From assembly GCF_009914755.1 (NCBI RefSeq), contig NC_060931.1: 64,000 nucleotides of DNA; one strand, 5' to 3'. This document shows, piece by piece, positions 14,630 through 28,780 of this stretch. The notes below the pieces were generated by a model. The model ran no database searches, was not told the DNA's origin, and was given only the letters and a program-made list of their open reading frames with translations. Origin of the DNA: the human T2T-CHM13v2.0 reference genome, Homo sapiens. A program made the position numbers and the translations under genes. How positions within the stretch are numbered: the first letter of the stretch is position 1; each line of letters starts with the position of its first letter.

Positions 14630-15173
14630 TCAATTTCTCCCTTGCCCCCCAGTCATAAACAGTACCAAGCATAGTCTCTGTCATTTACTATGGGGCCATT
14701 TATATAGCATACAATTTATCTAAAAACAGCTTGTTTCTTTAATGCAACCCAATAGAATAGTTTAGAAGCTGACTAAAAATAAATTCAATGAGTCAACTAG
14801 AGAGTAATCACCATAAATTTGAAGATAATGTAGGAAAGCTAATAGCCAAGACATGGTATACTCTCAATTGACTAGATCATAAGTAAAATTATAGTAATGG
14901 ACCCCCCTCGTAAATAAGCAAGTGTCACAAATCCTAAGTATATCTTTGAAAAAGAAATCAATTATTTTTTAATTGTATGAAACAGGTTGTCTAATGGGTG
15001 ATGAGTTCAAAATTTATCAAAAGGCCAGTATTTTATTGTTGTAAGAATTTATTTTAAAAAATTTTCAAGAAGCTCGATCAAGATGGTAACCTCAGGACAC
15101 ATGCCTTTGTCATTTTAAATCCCTACAAATATGTATTGGTGGTAGCAGTGTTAGATGTACAATAGAAGCTTGC

Positions 15174-15175
<2 letters not shown>

Positions 15176-15218
<43 letters not shown>
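15176..15218. repeat. (CA)~21 microsatellite
   Basis: Directly visible. Confidence 0.98.
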
Positions 15219-15220
<2 letters not shown>

Positions 15221-15239
15221 TACATACATAATGATACTA

Positions 15240-16900
15240 GAAAAGAAAGGTGAATTCTATGATGTGACTAAGAATTGTAGAATTTCTGAGAAATAGAAAA
15301 AAATAAAATTAGACTGGAAACAGAAAACACAGACAAAAACATGCACAAGGTAGGGCTCTATAAAAGCCAATACTGGGTTTATTTAAGCTTTGGAGAGGCG
15401 GGCAGGAATCAAGAAGCAGAAAAATATCCTGTGCCAGTCTTCGAAGTAAGTACCAATAAAGCTATATTCTTAGCAGTCAATAGGCTCTTCCCCCATTCCC
15501 TACCTGCATTAAAGAACTGGCAACAAGTATGTTTATCTACTGTCTAATGAAATCATGTGGGCACTTTGTCCAGAGAAATACCAGTGTCTTAGGTTTCTGG
15601 GAAATCCTAGAAGGAAAAAGGATTCCCATATAAAGGAAACAAACTATCAGGATGCAAGGCCCAAATGTCTCACATGTTGTTTGTTCTCTCACCCCAGAAC
15701 CACTGAGATATACTTTGGCTAATTTCAAAGATTAACAACAATCAAATGTGTATAAAAGGCCAATACCATGAAAGGAAGTCAGTGAATTTAACAAATATTC
15801 AAAGAAAGTGTTGGTATTTCAAAAAATTAAAAAATGTTCCTAATATAAGGTCCATATCCAAATGAGAATTAAAAGTCTTTCATGTCTAAAATATCTAGAA
15901 TTGCATTTGGAGATACTGAAAACTAAAAATATAATCACTGAAAAACTCAATAGAAGACTACATAGCAGAATGAGTACAGGTGAAGATAAAATTAGTGAGC
16001 TGGACAACTGACTCCAGGAGTTCTTCCAGAATACAGACAAAAAGGAAGACAGAAATACAGATGACAGATACAAGAGTTCCAAAAATGACTGATAACTTAC
16101 ATGATGTGCTTATGAATGAAAGGAACATCAGAGTTTTGTCATAGAAAAATGAGCAACAAAAGGCAAAGAAATTTGAACTAATGATTGATTCCCAAATTTG
16201 TACAAAGAAAAAATAGTATGCTACAAGACTCAGAAGTAAATGCCATTTATACAATGAAAATAATGTGAACAGTGAATACTGTGTTAAGTAAAAGTTGTAA
16301 TAATATGCAGACAATGTTCTCTCACAGCACTACATTGTGAGAAAGAAGTATGTATACTAGGCTTTCAAGTTTCATTCACATATAAAAATCAATCAATGTG
16401 ATTTAACACATTATGAAATTAAAAACCAAATAATATAAACTTTTAATTAGATGCCAAAAAGCATTTCGCATTATTCAACAACCATCCCTATGAAAACAAA
16501 CAAAAACTAAATAAAGGAAAAGAGGGATGAGAATCACTGTTTTATCAAGAGTTTCCCTTAAAGTTAGAGAAAGAAAAATGATGACTGGTGTCACTATTGA
16601 ATGTATCCTTGTACTTGAGTTGTAGGCTAATGTAACAAGAAAAGAAAAATAAATAAGAAGGTTAAATATTAGAAAATAAGAATTAAATGTAACCTCCTTT
16701 TCAAACATAAAAAGGTATAAAATAAGTACTAATAGAGTATAATAAGTAGTTGGGTAAGAAAAAAAATCAACTCACAAAACAATGTGAGCTTTCCTATGTA
16801 AAGAGAATAACCTATTATAAACTTTAATGTCCTAAAAATTTCCATTCACAAAATTTGGTAGCTTTGAAAACACTGCAAATAACTAGTTATAAAATATAAA
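15240..16900 (+). mobile_element. Very old L1 (L1ME-like) ORF1/ORF2 fragments
   Basis: gtacaggtgaagataaaattagtgagctgga (ORF1-like), attagatgccaaaaagcatttc (ORF2 SIDAEKAF-like); boundaries approximate. Confidence 0.6.
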
Positions 16901-17307
16901 AAATCATAATCACAATAGCCAAAACAAAACAAAAACCCATAAAATAGTCATAATGAAGTATGGAAAGGTGTCAGGTAAAGCATGGATATTGCCAAATTAA
17001 AACACATAAATCACCAATAAAAATTAATAATTGCATCTCAAGACAAGTAACCTGACTATAGTTTTGGAGATACAAAAATAATAAATCACAAAAAGCTGCT
17101 CTAATGGTAAATCTTATTCAGCATTTTAATAGCTAATGTTATTAGTATTCTTACACTGAATTTTTGTTGACTGATTAAACGTCAAATGTTATGTTAATTT
17201 TGGTCCCAATTTACACTAAGGAAGTAATTAGTTCATGCAATTTTTGAGGCTGCCATATTCTTTGACTACAGCTACAACGGAATAAATTTTAGTGTTCTCA
17301 AGTATTA

Positions 17308-17575
17308 TGTGGGTCTTTGAGAAGTAACCACACTGTCTTCCACAATGGTTGAGCTAATTTTTACTCCCGCCAACAGTGTAAAAGTGAACACACACTGGGC
17401 CCTGCTGGAGGGTGGAGGAGGGAGAACACCAGGAAGAACTGAATGTATACTGGGCTTAATACTTAGGTGATGGGATAATCTGTACAGCAAACCACCATGG
17501 CACACGTTTACCTATATAGCAAACCTGCATATGTACCCTCAACCTTAAAATAAAACTTGAAAATTAAAATTTAAA
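17308..17575. mobile_element. Short older-L1PA 3' end with 5' inversion
   Basis: Minus piece ccacactgtcttccacaatggttg joined to a plus-strand 3' UTR; TSD aagtatta at 17300-17307 and 17576-17583. Confidence 0.85.
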
Positions 17576-18577
17576 AAGTATTACTTGAGAAAAAAAATAA
17601 AGATGTAATTTTATAATTTAAAAAAATTCATCTCAACCTCCCCAAATAATACCAGTGATCAAAAGTCCTATTTTTTCTTCTTTTTTCAAAGAAAGGATGC
17701 CTGTAGTTAGGGAAATCTGAAGAGTTTTTAAATGAAAAACCTGCTAATCTGGGTTAGAGATAATCTGTGACTTTCAGGTAAGAAGAACATTCAGAGAACA
17801 TAGGGCTTCTAATAGAAGAAGGATAAACCAGAAGATAGGTAACAAAGCCAAAGAAATAACTTGACAAGAAAGCTGAACTTTGGCCAGAATATAAAACATG
17901 GGAGTTATTAGTGATATGAGGTAGAAAGGCGGTGGGTGACAGTAAAAGAATCATCCATACCATTTCCAAGTTGTTGGCCAGATGGAAAAATTTGTCCCTA
18001 ATAACAAACCACTTCAGTAGAATTCTGTAATGGACAAAGTTAGAAAAAGCCAAATATGTTGCAATTATAACAGATTATGATAATTATGGAAACAGAAAGC
18101 AAAGTTACTAGGGCTAAGGTATAAAATGAGTAGAAGAAAAGAAAGAAGAATATAATAACAGAAGCAAATGATCCCAATAACAGAAAATTATTTTTACTTC
18201 ATGATTAAATGCATAATATATAAATTATTTCAGTCTTACAGTTCTGTTCCAAACAAGAAATGTTGGTATGTATTGCTTCAAGTATTGTAGCTAAATCCTA
18301 AGAGTAAAAGCATATGAGCGAAAGATTCAAAATTTCAGTAATCCATCCAATTTTAATTAGTATTACCACACCCACTATTTTCAGGGGAAAATGACATTGA
18401 TTTCTCTTGCCACATCACACATCATGCTCTCCCTTTCTCTCATCTAACCTAATTAGCTCATTTTCAGTCCTTTGAATTTAACATGTCCTCATGTATGTTG
18501 CCTCCTCTCTTGAATGCTCTCTTCTACCTTCAGATCTCTGCTTGGATACAAAAGTTGCTATTCATTCTGTTCCTCTG

Positions 18578-18808
18578 CCTCAACAAAGTCTTTCATCTCC
18601 TGCCTAGGTCAAATCAATCCTCATTATATCTCTCCTTTTTAGCACATCTGTGTCCCAATTTTTTGTGTTTGGATGGAAAATTTGGTATTCATTCCATTCC
18701 TCCTCCTCAAGAAAGTCTTTGATCTCCTGCGTTGGTCAAATCCATCCATCTTAGGCTCTCATTGTCTCTCTCCTTTTTAGCACGTCTTTGTCCCAATTTT
18801 ATGTGTTA
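18578..18808. repeat. Old local direct duplication (~95-bp unit)
   Basis: cctcaa.aaagtcttt.atctcctgc...ggtcaaatc...tctcctttttagcac.tct.tgtcccaatttt occurs twice. Confidence 0.85.
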
Positions 18809-20055
18809 GTGATTCTCTTCTTGCCTGAAGCTTTATGCCACAATACCAGATATCATGTTACATCATCTGTTTTTGCTCAGAATTCCATCCTGAATATGTG
18901 TCATGTTACTGAAACCTGAGGAGCTGCTCAGTACATATTTTATTGTCAAGGAGAGGGGAGCTAAGCAAGATTTGTACAGATTTTGAATAAGTAAAAGTAT
19001 AAGGAATAGAACCTCGGTTTCTGGAACTATTTGTTGCTGAGTTTCTGCAAGTGTTTCAGGATGCAACTTTTTTGTCTTTTCCTTTAATGTTTTCAATTCA
19101 TCTCCCTTCCTCCCACCTTTTCCTTTCCTCATTGGTATCCAATTATAATGACCAGAAAAGACATTTCTATTTATGGGTTCCAACCCTTCTGACACATAAA
19201 CATTCCAACTCACAGGATTCATTCTTTCCTGGTTGGTGCCCTAGCTTCACAAGAATGAGGAAGCACACAAATAAATAACTATCGAATTTTTTAAAAACTT
19301 GTTCCCATTCTACCTGGGATCATCTCAGATTCCATCCATAGCATGCCTATCACACCCCTCAAGAAAATCCATTGTCCTGACCAAACTCTTGATAGGAGTT
19401 ATGTGTAAACAATAACACTAGGATGTTAAAAAGAGTACACATTTTATAATTTTTTGTTAATGGGAATAGATGACATTCTGCTTTTTAAAGCAAGACTTCA
19501 TAATTTGTTTCTTTAATCATACAATACTGGATATTTTCCAGGCAGGAAGAAGTAAGCAAAAGTGAGAACAAAGAGTATCTCTAAATAAAGTCTCCAGAAA
19601 ATCTTTAGTTATATCACAGAAGCCACGTCAAGCTACAAGGCTGGCTGGAAAATGCTATTCCAAATAAAAACTGAGTTTCTATAGTGAAGAAAAAGAGAAT
19701 AACCCAGCAGACTGTGTCTTGAGTTTTATTTAATTCTTAAAACAGAATTAAACAATAAAAGGAAAAATTTCATTCCTCTGTTCTATACTATCCATTCCTA
19801 AATTGAGGAATGGATTTCCAAAGGGCAAGAGTCAACTCTGTAACACTGACTCCACCCCTCCTTCTGTCAAATTGCAGGATTTGGAAGGCTTCCTGGAATG
19901 TTCTCTTTTCCTTTTGTACACTAAGTAGTACATTTATTTATGGCAAGTAATGAGTAATTAGTGTCTATATCCTATTTTTAAAATTAGGTCCAGATGAATA
20001 TCACTTGGAAAGTATTCCTAGAAGTTTGGGCTTTAAAGATGATGAAGTTTCCTTC

Positions 20056-21430
20056 TGTAGACTGAATATCTGTGTCCCCCAAAATTCCTGTGTTGAAGCT
20101 TCATGCTCAGTGAGATGGTTTTTGGAGGTAAGGCCTTTGGGGGGTGATTAGGTCATAAGGACAGAGCCATCATTACTGGGATTAGTGCCCTTATACAAGT
20201 GACCCCAGCAAGTTCCCACACCCTTCCACCATGTGAGGACACACTGAGAAGATGACCATGTATGAACCAGGAGGCAGGCCCTCACCAGACACAGGGTCTG
20301 CCAGTACCTTCACCTTGAACTTGCCAGTTTCTACAACTGTGAAAAAACAAATTTATGTTGTTTCTAAAACCACCAAGTCTATTGTACTGTTATAGCAGCC
20401 TAAACAGACTAAAAGAAAATTGGCATCACAAAGTGGGGGCTGCTGTAACAAAACCAAAAAAAGTGGAAGAGACTTTGAAACTGGATAATGGGTAGAGACT
20501 GAGTTTTGAGGTGCATACAAGAAAAAGCATACATTGCCATGAACAGACCATTAGAGGCAATTTTAGAAGGAAAAGAGGAAAGCTATAGAGAAAGCTTTAA
20601 TTTTCTTACAGAATAAGTGTTCCTGAATACAATGTTGATAATAATAAGGAAGGGAAAAGTAATTCTAATGAAGTCTGAGATAGAAATTAGAAACATGTTA
20701 TTGGAAACTGGAGGAAAGGTGATTCTTGTTATAAAGTGGCTGCCCCAGGTACAGCTCCAGTGGGCTGAAATGTGACCTGGGCTCTGGTGGAAGCCCACTT
20801 TGGAGTACAAAGCTAGCACATTTTGACAGCCATGTGCAGAGTGCCCAGGTGTCAAGGCTTTCTCCACCTAGATTTTTCTTTTTTGAACAGGGTCTCACTT
20901 TATCCCCTAGGTTGGAGTGCAGTAGCACAATCTTGGCTCACTGCAGCCTCAACCTCCTGGGTTCAAGCAATCCTCCTGCCTCAGCCCCCAGGTAACTGGA
21001 ACTACAGGCCGCACTACCATGCCCAGCTAATTTTTGTAGTTTTTGTAAAGATGGAGTCTCACCATGTTGCCCAGGCTGTTCTCGAGCTCTCGAACTCAAG
21101 TGATCTGCCCATCTTGGCCTCTCAAAGTGCAGGTGTGAGTGAGCCACTGCACCCAGCCACCACTTAAATTTCAAAGGTCATCAGGCAGAGCTTCAGGCTT
21201 GGGATCCCACCCATGGAGAGTCACGGTATAGGACCGAAGCCAGTAGGGCAAAGCCTAGGCAGTGAACCACTATAGGGGAAGAGGTACTGCAAACAGCTTC
21301 CATTAGGGCAATGCCTAGCAGAGATGCAGTGGGTGGGAATACCGAGAGCCTTGGGGAACCACCTCCTGCCTGGCAAAGCTATAGGGGTAAGACTGCCAGC
21401 TCCATGGGCCTAGAGAAAAGAATATGGAAC
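20056..21430 (+). mobile_element. MaLR: MLT1A-like LTR (20056-20415) plus internal sequence
   Basis: tgtagactgaatatctgtgtccccc...cagcctaaacagactaa followed by aaattggcatcacaaagtggggg; no 3' LTR adjacent. Confidence 0.8.
20873..21158 (-). mobile_element. Alu (AluJ-like) inside the MaLR internal region
   Basis: Diverged dimer; TSD ccacctagattt/ccacttaaattt. Confidence 0.93.
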
Positions 21431-21467
21431 CCTGGTCCCTGGTGACAAAAAGGTTGGGGATTGCTGG

Positions 21468-21614
21468 CATACAAAATATGTATTAATCAATTATGTTACC
21501 AGTAAGGCATCCGGTCAACAGTAGGTTAGTAGTCAAGTTTTTGGAGAGTCAAAAGTTTTACATACATTTGACTGCATGAGGTTCAATGCCCCAACCCAAT
21601 GTTGTTCAAGGGTA
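21468..21614 (+). mobile_element. Tigger2/MER28 right-end fragment, preceded by a ~40-bp MER1-like end
   Basis: Similar to 42655-42818 in this window; gttgttcaagggt partial TIR. Confidence 0.65.
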
Positions 21615-21936
21615 TAATAATCAATAATCAATGATCAAGAACACTTGCTGAAGTTTCAACAGATAAGTAAAAACAAAAATAAGATTAAATGATGACAGAA
21701 ATGACCTAAAAATATGGGCAACCCTGATATTTCTAAGACTTGCTTTTGTAAATTATAATTGAATCACAGCCAGATCATGTACAAATTTATTAATTGTCAA
21801 AATATTAGAAATGCTCCTAAAAAGTGCACACAACTAAATCTAATCATAAAGCAAAGGTAGTGTGAAAAGACTTAAGTGAATACTATGTAATTTTTTTCTG
21901 AAAAATACAGAAACATTTTATATTATGATCACTTAC

Positions 21937-21994
21937 TCATATACCTGTTTTGTTGTCTGGATTTTTGTATCATGTTTCCTTTAAGTGGAACACA
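21937..21994 (-). other. Candidate small exon (alternative acceptors 21994/21978, donors 21945/21937)
   Basis: tatag| or ttaaag| acceptors; cag|gtatat or tga|gtaagt donors; one open frame available. Confidence 0.3.
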
Positions 21995-23269
21995 CTATAT
22001 TAAATTCATAAATAACTAACACTAGGAATCCTTGGCCAATATCTCAAAGCCATATTATTCCAGTATTCCTGGAGGAAGCAATGGGGAAGGATGAATGATA
22101 TTCTAACTTTTGAAGATCATGTTTACATCAATTGTTACATGCTCTTTGAATTGCTCACAACAAAACAGAAAAACTTTGCAAAGGTTTTTAAAACAGGATT
22201 AATCTAAAATGCATAGCCAGAAGGTTTTTAATAAATCTAAGCAAGTATAGTGTCAAGCAAAATGTTAACATATACCTTTGTGAAGACCTCTGCTTGACTG
22301 GTCCTTGGATGTTTTGTGGTTAGGTAAGATTTTATTACATAAACTGTATATTGAGCCTTTATGCCTTATAATTATGTTAAGTGTTTTTTTGTGAAAGTTT
22401 CTTCAACTTATTTGGAATTTTGCTTCCTCAGCTGGCAGCAATTAGACCCAAAGACCACCAGAAATAATTCTTCAATCCCTTTTGGAATCCACAAACTTGT
22501 TATGAACACTTAAAGAAGCAAACAGAAACATTACATTCTGATAAAAAGGCCAGAGGGAAGGTTATTCTTTTCCCTTAAAAAAGAAAAATTATGCTTATAA
22601 ATGATTCAAAAGCCAAAAAGAAATAATTCTACCAAGGTATGCAACTTTATCTGAAATCAGAGCCACCTTATGCAGAATTCTGTACTTTGAAAATAACAGC
22701 TCACACAAATTATTGACTACTTCTTGCCCAGTCAGTACATTCATCTAACAAAGCAATTTCCATATGAGCAACCACAAACAGTTGGGGCTTCAGTTGTTAA
22801 TCTCCCATGAAAAACTATTTCCATACTATTTTTAACTTGCATATGGTAGTGATTATCTGTTTATCTCTGGAGCATGAAAATTCTTACAGTGTCCTTTATT
22901 ATGTATTTATGTACCATTTTCCCTTCCATGTCCTTGGCAGATGGAAGATTCACATCTTCCTCCCAGGAACAAAAGTAGAGAGCCATGTTGCTTTCTTTAC
23001 AATTGGCTTCTATTCTGTCTCCCAAATTCTCACATTATTGGGACTACTTCTTAACAGCTTTTCAATTTTCCCTTCTTAGCTAAAAAGTACAATTGTGTAA
23101 TACTTGAAACCAACTAATTTGGAAGAGTAGATGAAATGCAAAATGAAGTTCATAATTCACTTTGACCACATAAATATAAAATCAAGTATTACATCTTTTA
23201 CTACAAATTGGAAATTGATATTTTAAAAGTTTAAAAATCCATTCAAGGTATTTAAATGTAGATCTGAAC

Positions 23270-23450
23270 TAAGATTTCTTGCATGCTTTTTATCAAGTTT
23301 GTAAATTAACTCATTTAATATACTTAATAACCATGAGATAAGAACATTGTTTCAGTTTTGTGGATGAGGAAAATAAACTTCACAAAGATTAAGTATCTCA
23401 TCCAAGTTTAAAAAATAATGGTCCTGAGTATTACAATCAGTTCCATCTGA
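23270..23450 (-). mobile_element. MIR fragment
   Basis: attaactcatttaat...ttttgtggatgaggaaaataaac...gattaagtatctcatccaag MIR core. Confidence 0.6.
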
Positions 23451-24042
23451 ATTCAGAAAACTATTCTTTTTGTGACAATGTTGTATCCATTTTGAAGTTC
23501 AAGAAGGACCCAATTACAAACTAGACTGACTTCAAATACATAGATCCTGAAACAGAGTTACAATACAAATTATTGCCAACAATTGCTAAATATCACACAC
23601 ATTTTAAGGAACTCATAGTTACTGTTGGGCACAAACATCTTTATTTCCAGCTGTCTCCATTACGTTAAGTATGTGGATATAAGATCTTCACTAAGATGAT
23701 TTCCTGAGAGAAAGAAGGTGCCCACTGTTTATTGGGGTGAGGTGAGAGTAGTAGGAAGTTTATACACATATACACGCATACACAAACATTTTGTACACAT
23801 AGATCTCTTAAAAATGAGATATGTATCTTTTAAAATTTATGTCTAGATTATGATATCTAAAAGTATTCCCTATATCTGATAGCTTTGAGCTCTATAATGT
23901 GGGCCAAGTTTAAACCCATTAAGATAATTTTTTAGAAACTATATTAAAAACAACAAAATCAAGGTCATATTTCAGAAAGTAGAACTGAGATGCTCAACTC
24001 TTGCAATCTAATATTTCAACCTTTTTGATGTGGTTAACCACG

Positions 24043-24385
24043 AGCTATGGGCTCAATATTTGTGTTGCCCAAAATTCATATGTTGAAATCCTAAGCCCCC
24101 AGAGGCAGGACCTTTGGAAGGTGATTAGGTTATAAGGGTAGAGACTTCATGAATGGGATTAGTATGCTGCTTAAAGAAGCTCCAGAAAGCTGCCTCGCTT
24201 ATCTTCCATGTGAGTAAATAGGCAGGAGCCACTGTCTATGAACCAGGAATCAGGTCCTCACCAAACACTGAACATGCCAGTGCTTGACCTTGAACTTCCC
24301 AGCTTCCAAAACTACAAGAAATAAATTTCTGTTGTTTATAAGCTACCTAGTGTATAGCTTTCAACAGCCCGAAAAGACTAAGACA
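24043..24385 (+). mobile_element. MLT1A-like solo LTR
   Basis: ccaaaattcatatgttgaaatcc...gaaataaatttctgttgtttataagc...gactaagaca. Confidence 0.85.
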
Positions 24386-25775
24386 CCTCAGGAAAGAAGT
24401 AGAATAAATGGATGAAGGAAAATATTTTATCTTTATTTGATATATTGCTGTATTTTGAAAATTATTCTCTAAAAAATGGGCTCATGTATTAACTTTTTTA
24501 AAAATGATAATAGCAACAAAGGCAGCATTCAAAATTAAACATTCAAAGGAGGGTTGAATTTTAGAGACAGCTACACAAAATCTTTTATTAGCATATGATT
24601 AAGAATACTATATAATATTTAAACTGATTTTCAATTATCTGATCCCAACAAGACGTTTAACTTTTCTTTCAATTAGACTGATCCTATATTTTAGTTTTTA
24701 TTAGAATATCCAATATTTTGATGGTTTTGTTTTTTTCTAAGCATTTCCTACAGAAAACTATCTTGGGAATAAACTTAATAAACAATTCAGCACCAGACTT
24801 AAAGACAACTATAACCTTTGCTTTTTTATTACCACAGTGTATGCAGTACACAAACCATGATGAATTGTACAATAAATGCTTGTAATTATAATTTTATACA
24901 AAATATGAGCACTGAGTGTTCATTAAACTAGTAATGCTTCATTAAAACCTAAGAAAATGTCCTATAGGAAAATATTTTACAGCATAAGCTTTATTCTTTT
25001 TTGAAGTGACAAGAAATAGATAACATAAATATTAAGACAACAATAAAACCAGCATGCTGTGAAAGTCAGCGAAGTTAAAAGATCATAAACTATGTCAACA
25101 ATTTATATGTACATATATGTGACTTATTTCTCCATCCGAAGGCTTTATAGCTAAAGATATTTATGTGAAAACAAGATAATCATTTCTAAAGAATGTATGC
25201 TGTTTACTTACCACCTACAATAATAAAATTTCAGGTAGAACAATTGATTTACAGCTGAATTATCTACAATGCCTCAAGAAGAGAATTTGTCTGTGCAAGG
25301 ATAGCACTGGCAAAGGTACTACATCTCAAAGTAAAGGGGAAAAGCTAAAATTATCTTTTAGTATGGCCTGTGAAATGTAGAAAATTTGAAATACCTTCAA
25401 AAACTGTATACCAAGAATATTTTAGAATCATTTAAAAGCTTTTAAGTGAACATGAGAGGGTATCCAAATTATACTGCAAGTCTACATTTACCTATATTAA
25501 CCTATGTTTCATGTTTTATCTACCATCAATTAGAAGTGAGCTTGTTGTAACTGCAATCCTATACAAGCTCCAAAGCATAAAAACAGGGAAAAAATGTAAT
25601 TTGATGGCTTTGATATACTTTTCTCATTATATAAAAATGTCTACATCTTATAAAATTAAAGAATAGTGTAATTTTCTTTAAAATTATCTTATACTTTGAC
25701 CAATGGTAGAGAGTAAGAATGAGTTAAAATAGCTATTAAACATTGTAAAGGGCCCATTTACCCCCCCACACATTA

Positions 25776-26086
<311 letters not shown>

Positions 26087-26139
26087 AATTTACCCCCTTT
26101 ATGAGCTCACTTCAAATGAGAGAGCCATTAAAACTAATA

Positions 26140-26400
26140 ATTGAGGAAGAGGCAGCGTGGAGTATTTGGAGGAATCCAACGAGGTGGAAACAGTAGTCTA
26201 GTCAAAGATCTGAGACTTAAGAACATTGTGACTTTGGGCAAATCATTAAGCTTCTTAATTTTCTTTTTTCCTTTGCACAGCAGAGGTAACAAAACTTGAC
26301 CTGTACATCCCTGAACCTACCTGTTCATGCCAGAATTTGTCTAAGGTTTAAATGAAAAGTCTAAGAAAGTCCTCATCAAATATAACATTTTATGAAGTTA
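26140..26400 (+). mobile_element. MIR fragment
   Basis: gaggcagcgtggagta...tgtgactttgggcaaatcattaagctt. Confidence 0.55.
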
Positions 26401-26511
26401 ATTCTCATACACATTTTATGACTGATTCATTTGATATTACGGGGGGTAAAGGTAAATTTAAAACCTTATATAATGAGTTTTTCATATCTAAATAATATTA
26501 ACACTAAAATA

Positions 26512-26591
26512 TTAGGTTGGTGCAAAAGTTACTGTGGTTTTTGTGATTAATTTTAATGTTAAAAACTGTGATTACTTTTGCACTAACCTAA
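26512..26591. mobile_element. MADE1 (Hsmar1-derived MITE), complete 80 bp
   Basis: ttaggttggtgcaaaagt...acttttgcactaacctaa inverted termini; TA on both flanks. Confidence 0.95.
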
Positions 26592-27145
26592 TAATTTAAA
26601 ATAGAAATGCTATCTAGAAACCAGAAGCTTCTATCTTTCTCTTTCAACTTGATTATACTTGCCTTCAGATCCCTTTTGCCTGGTATATAGTAAACCCAAG
26701 AAAAATCGATCAATAAAGGAAGAAAGGAAAAGAAATGTGTCTCTTGAATTACCCAGGCTCAACTCTGCCACATGATTTAAGAATTAACACAATTTAAATA
26801 TTCCCAACATAGATACTTTATTTCTATTTTTGGTATTTAAAGATTAACCACCTAGAATTCCATCACTTTTCCAGAGCAGATAATCTGCTGCAAGATGCAG
26901 AAAAGTATCTTGTTTGATATACTCTATCTAGTTAGCCATACTTCCCACAGACATAATTAAATTTAAGATTACTAGTATCTTGCCACCATTAATATTTCTG
27001 TTAAAAAAAAGTCAAGTAAAATTATTCTTTTTGATTAAATATACTCAAAGGAATACTATACAAGATAGAGGAAAAATGAAAATGTAAGTACCATATTTAT
27101 GTTATTATAAATACTACTGGTTTCTAATTTTTAGTTAATTATTCA

Positions 27146-27450
27146 TTTAGAGACAAGAGTCTCACTCTGTTGCCCAGGCTGGACTGCAGTGGTGTGATCT
27201 CAGTTCACTACAATGTCCACCTCCGGGGATCAAGTGATTCTTGTGCCTCAGGCTCCTGAGTAGCTGGGACTACAGGCATGCACCACCATGCCAGGCAATG
27301 CCAGGCTAATTTTTTTTTTTTTGTATTTTAGTAGAGATGGGGTTTCACCATGTTGCCCAGGCTGGTCTCAAACTCCTAAGCTCAGGCAATCCACTGGCCT
27401 TGGCCTCCCAGAGTGCTAGGATTACAGGTGTGACCCACTGCGCCCAGTCC
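27146..27450 (-). mobile_element. Alu (AluJb/old AluS-like)
   Basis: Dimer with a small internal duplication atgccaggc; TSD atactactg(g/a)ttt. Confidence 0.95.
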
Positions 27451-28067
27451 TATACTACTGATTTTTAAGAAGTATGGCGGTATATGCTTTAGTCATACAA
27501 ATTATTACACAGACACATATGGATATAACATAAAAAGTTGAATCAACAGAAGCCCCAGATGTGATCTGTGAAATACTTCTGCAGAGCAGTTTGCAAACTA
27601 TGGCATTATATAATCCTTTTTATCTCAATCTTGTATAGAAAGCCCTTTCTAATTCACAGGAGACTTTCATCAGGTTTGAATTTTTTGCAGACAGCAGTTT
27701 CAATGGGTATCAAAAATTCCCCAGCATCTCCTGTATATCTTTTCCAGTAGTCCAGAATGATATTTATAAATTTCTGCCATTTCTTACCAATAAAATACCT
27801 TTTAACGGGTCATGAAATACTAAGAACTATTCATTCATTTATTGTTTATCGAACTCTTTTTTGAGCACCCAGTATGCCCCAAGCACTAAGGATAAGCATG
27901 GAACATTTCATATGAAAAAGAAACCAAAGCACAACACGTGCTTGTGAATGCCTAAAACTGACTAATGGACCTGATATTAAGAACCTTGCCTAGAGTAAAC
28001 CTTCCCCACTTGTCTAAGATCTCGTTTCCTGTGTCTTCTTCTTTCCATGTTGATTGGCATCTTGGAC

Positions 28068-28200
28068 CAGAGGTCAAGAAACTATTGCCCTCTGACCAAA
28101 TCCAGGCTGCCTCCTGTTTTTTATAATTCAAGTGCCATTGGGACACAGCTGTCCATTCATTTATGATTTTTCTATGGCTGCTTTATCACTGCAATTGTAT
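28068..28200. mobile_element. MER58-like hAT fragment
   Basis: cagaggtcaagaaacta...ccaaatccaggctgcctcctgttttt...tatggctgcttt. Confidence 0.6.
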
Positions 28201-28780
28201 TTGAGCACCCCAAAACCCCTATATCTTCCTAAATCCTTTATAGGAAAAAGAAAACACCAATTTATAAATAAATTATTTTGAAAACTAGGTTTTAATATAC
28301 ACATTCTGAAATATTTAATCAACACTCAGCATCTGATTTGTATATAAATTATCAAGAACCATTTTTTCCATCTATTCTTCTGTAATTTATGCAAATAAAC
28401 TAAAAAATAGATCCTAATTAAGATAACAGCTGTTCAGAAATTTTGATTTAGTGTTCAACAAAACTAAAAAATCTGAAATATTAAACACAAGATAATTTAT
28501 GTGAGCTAATATGACTATTAAAACATTTCATTTTAAAGGGCATATCAAGAAGGCATCATATTATTCTATCATTCGCTGTAATTCTTATCCTTCTCAAGCT
28601 AGTAATCATCAGTGTGTTAGAAGGATTCTTTAATCACTACATTTGAAACTGCATAAGACAAACTCAAGCCAAACATCTGTATGAGTGATTTTATGCAAGC
28701 CTTGATCTTCCACTCAGTATAATATATGCATGTACTCATCTACCAATGTCAAACATTCAACTTGTACATTATTCTTTTTC

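Noticed and set aside
15090-15218. (UG)n followed by AG as a cryptic acceptor
   Set aside because: No credible downstream donor
22276-22510. Possible minus-strand exon ending aag|gtatat
   Set aside because: Poor acceptor, frames break, faint resemblance to a decayed L1
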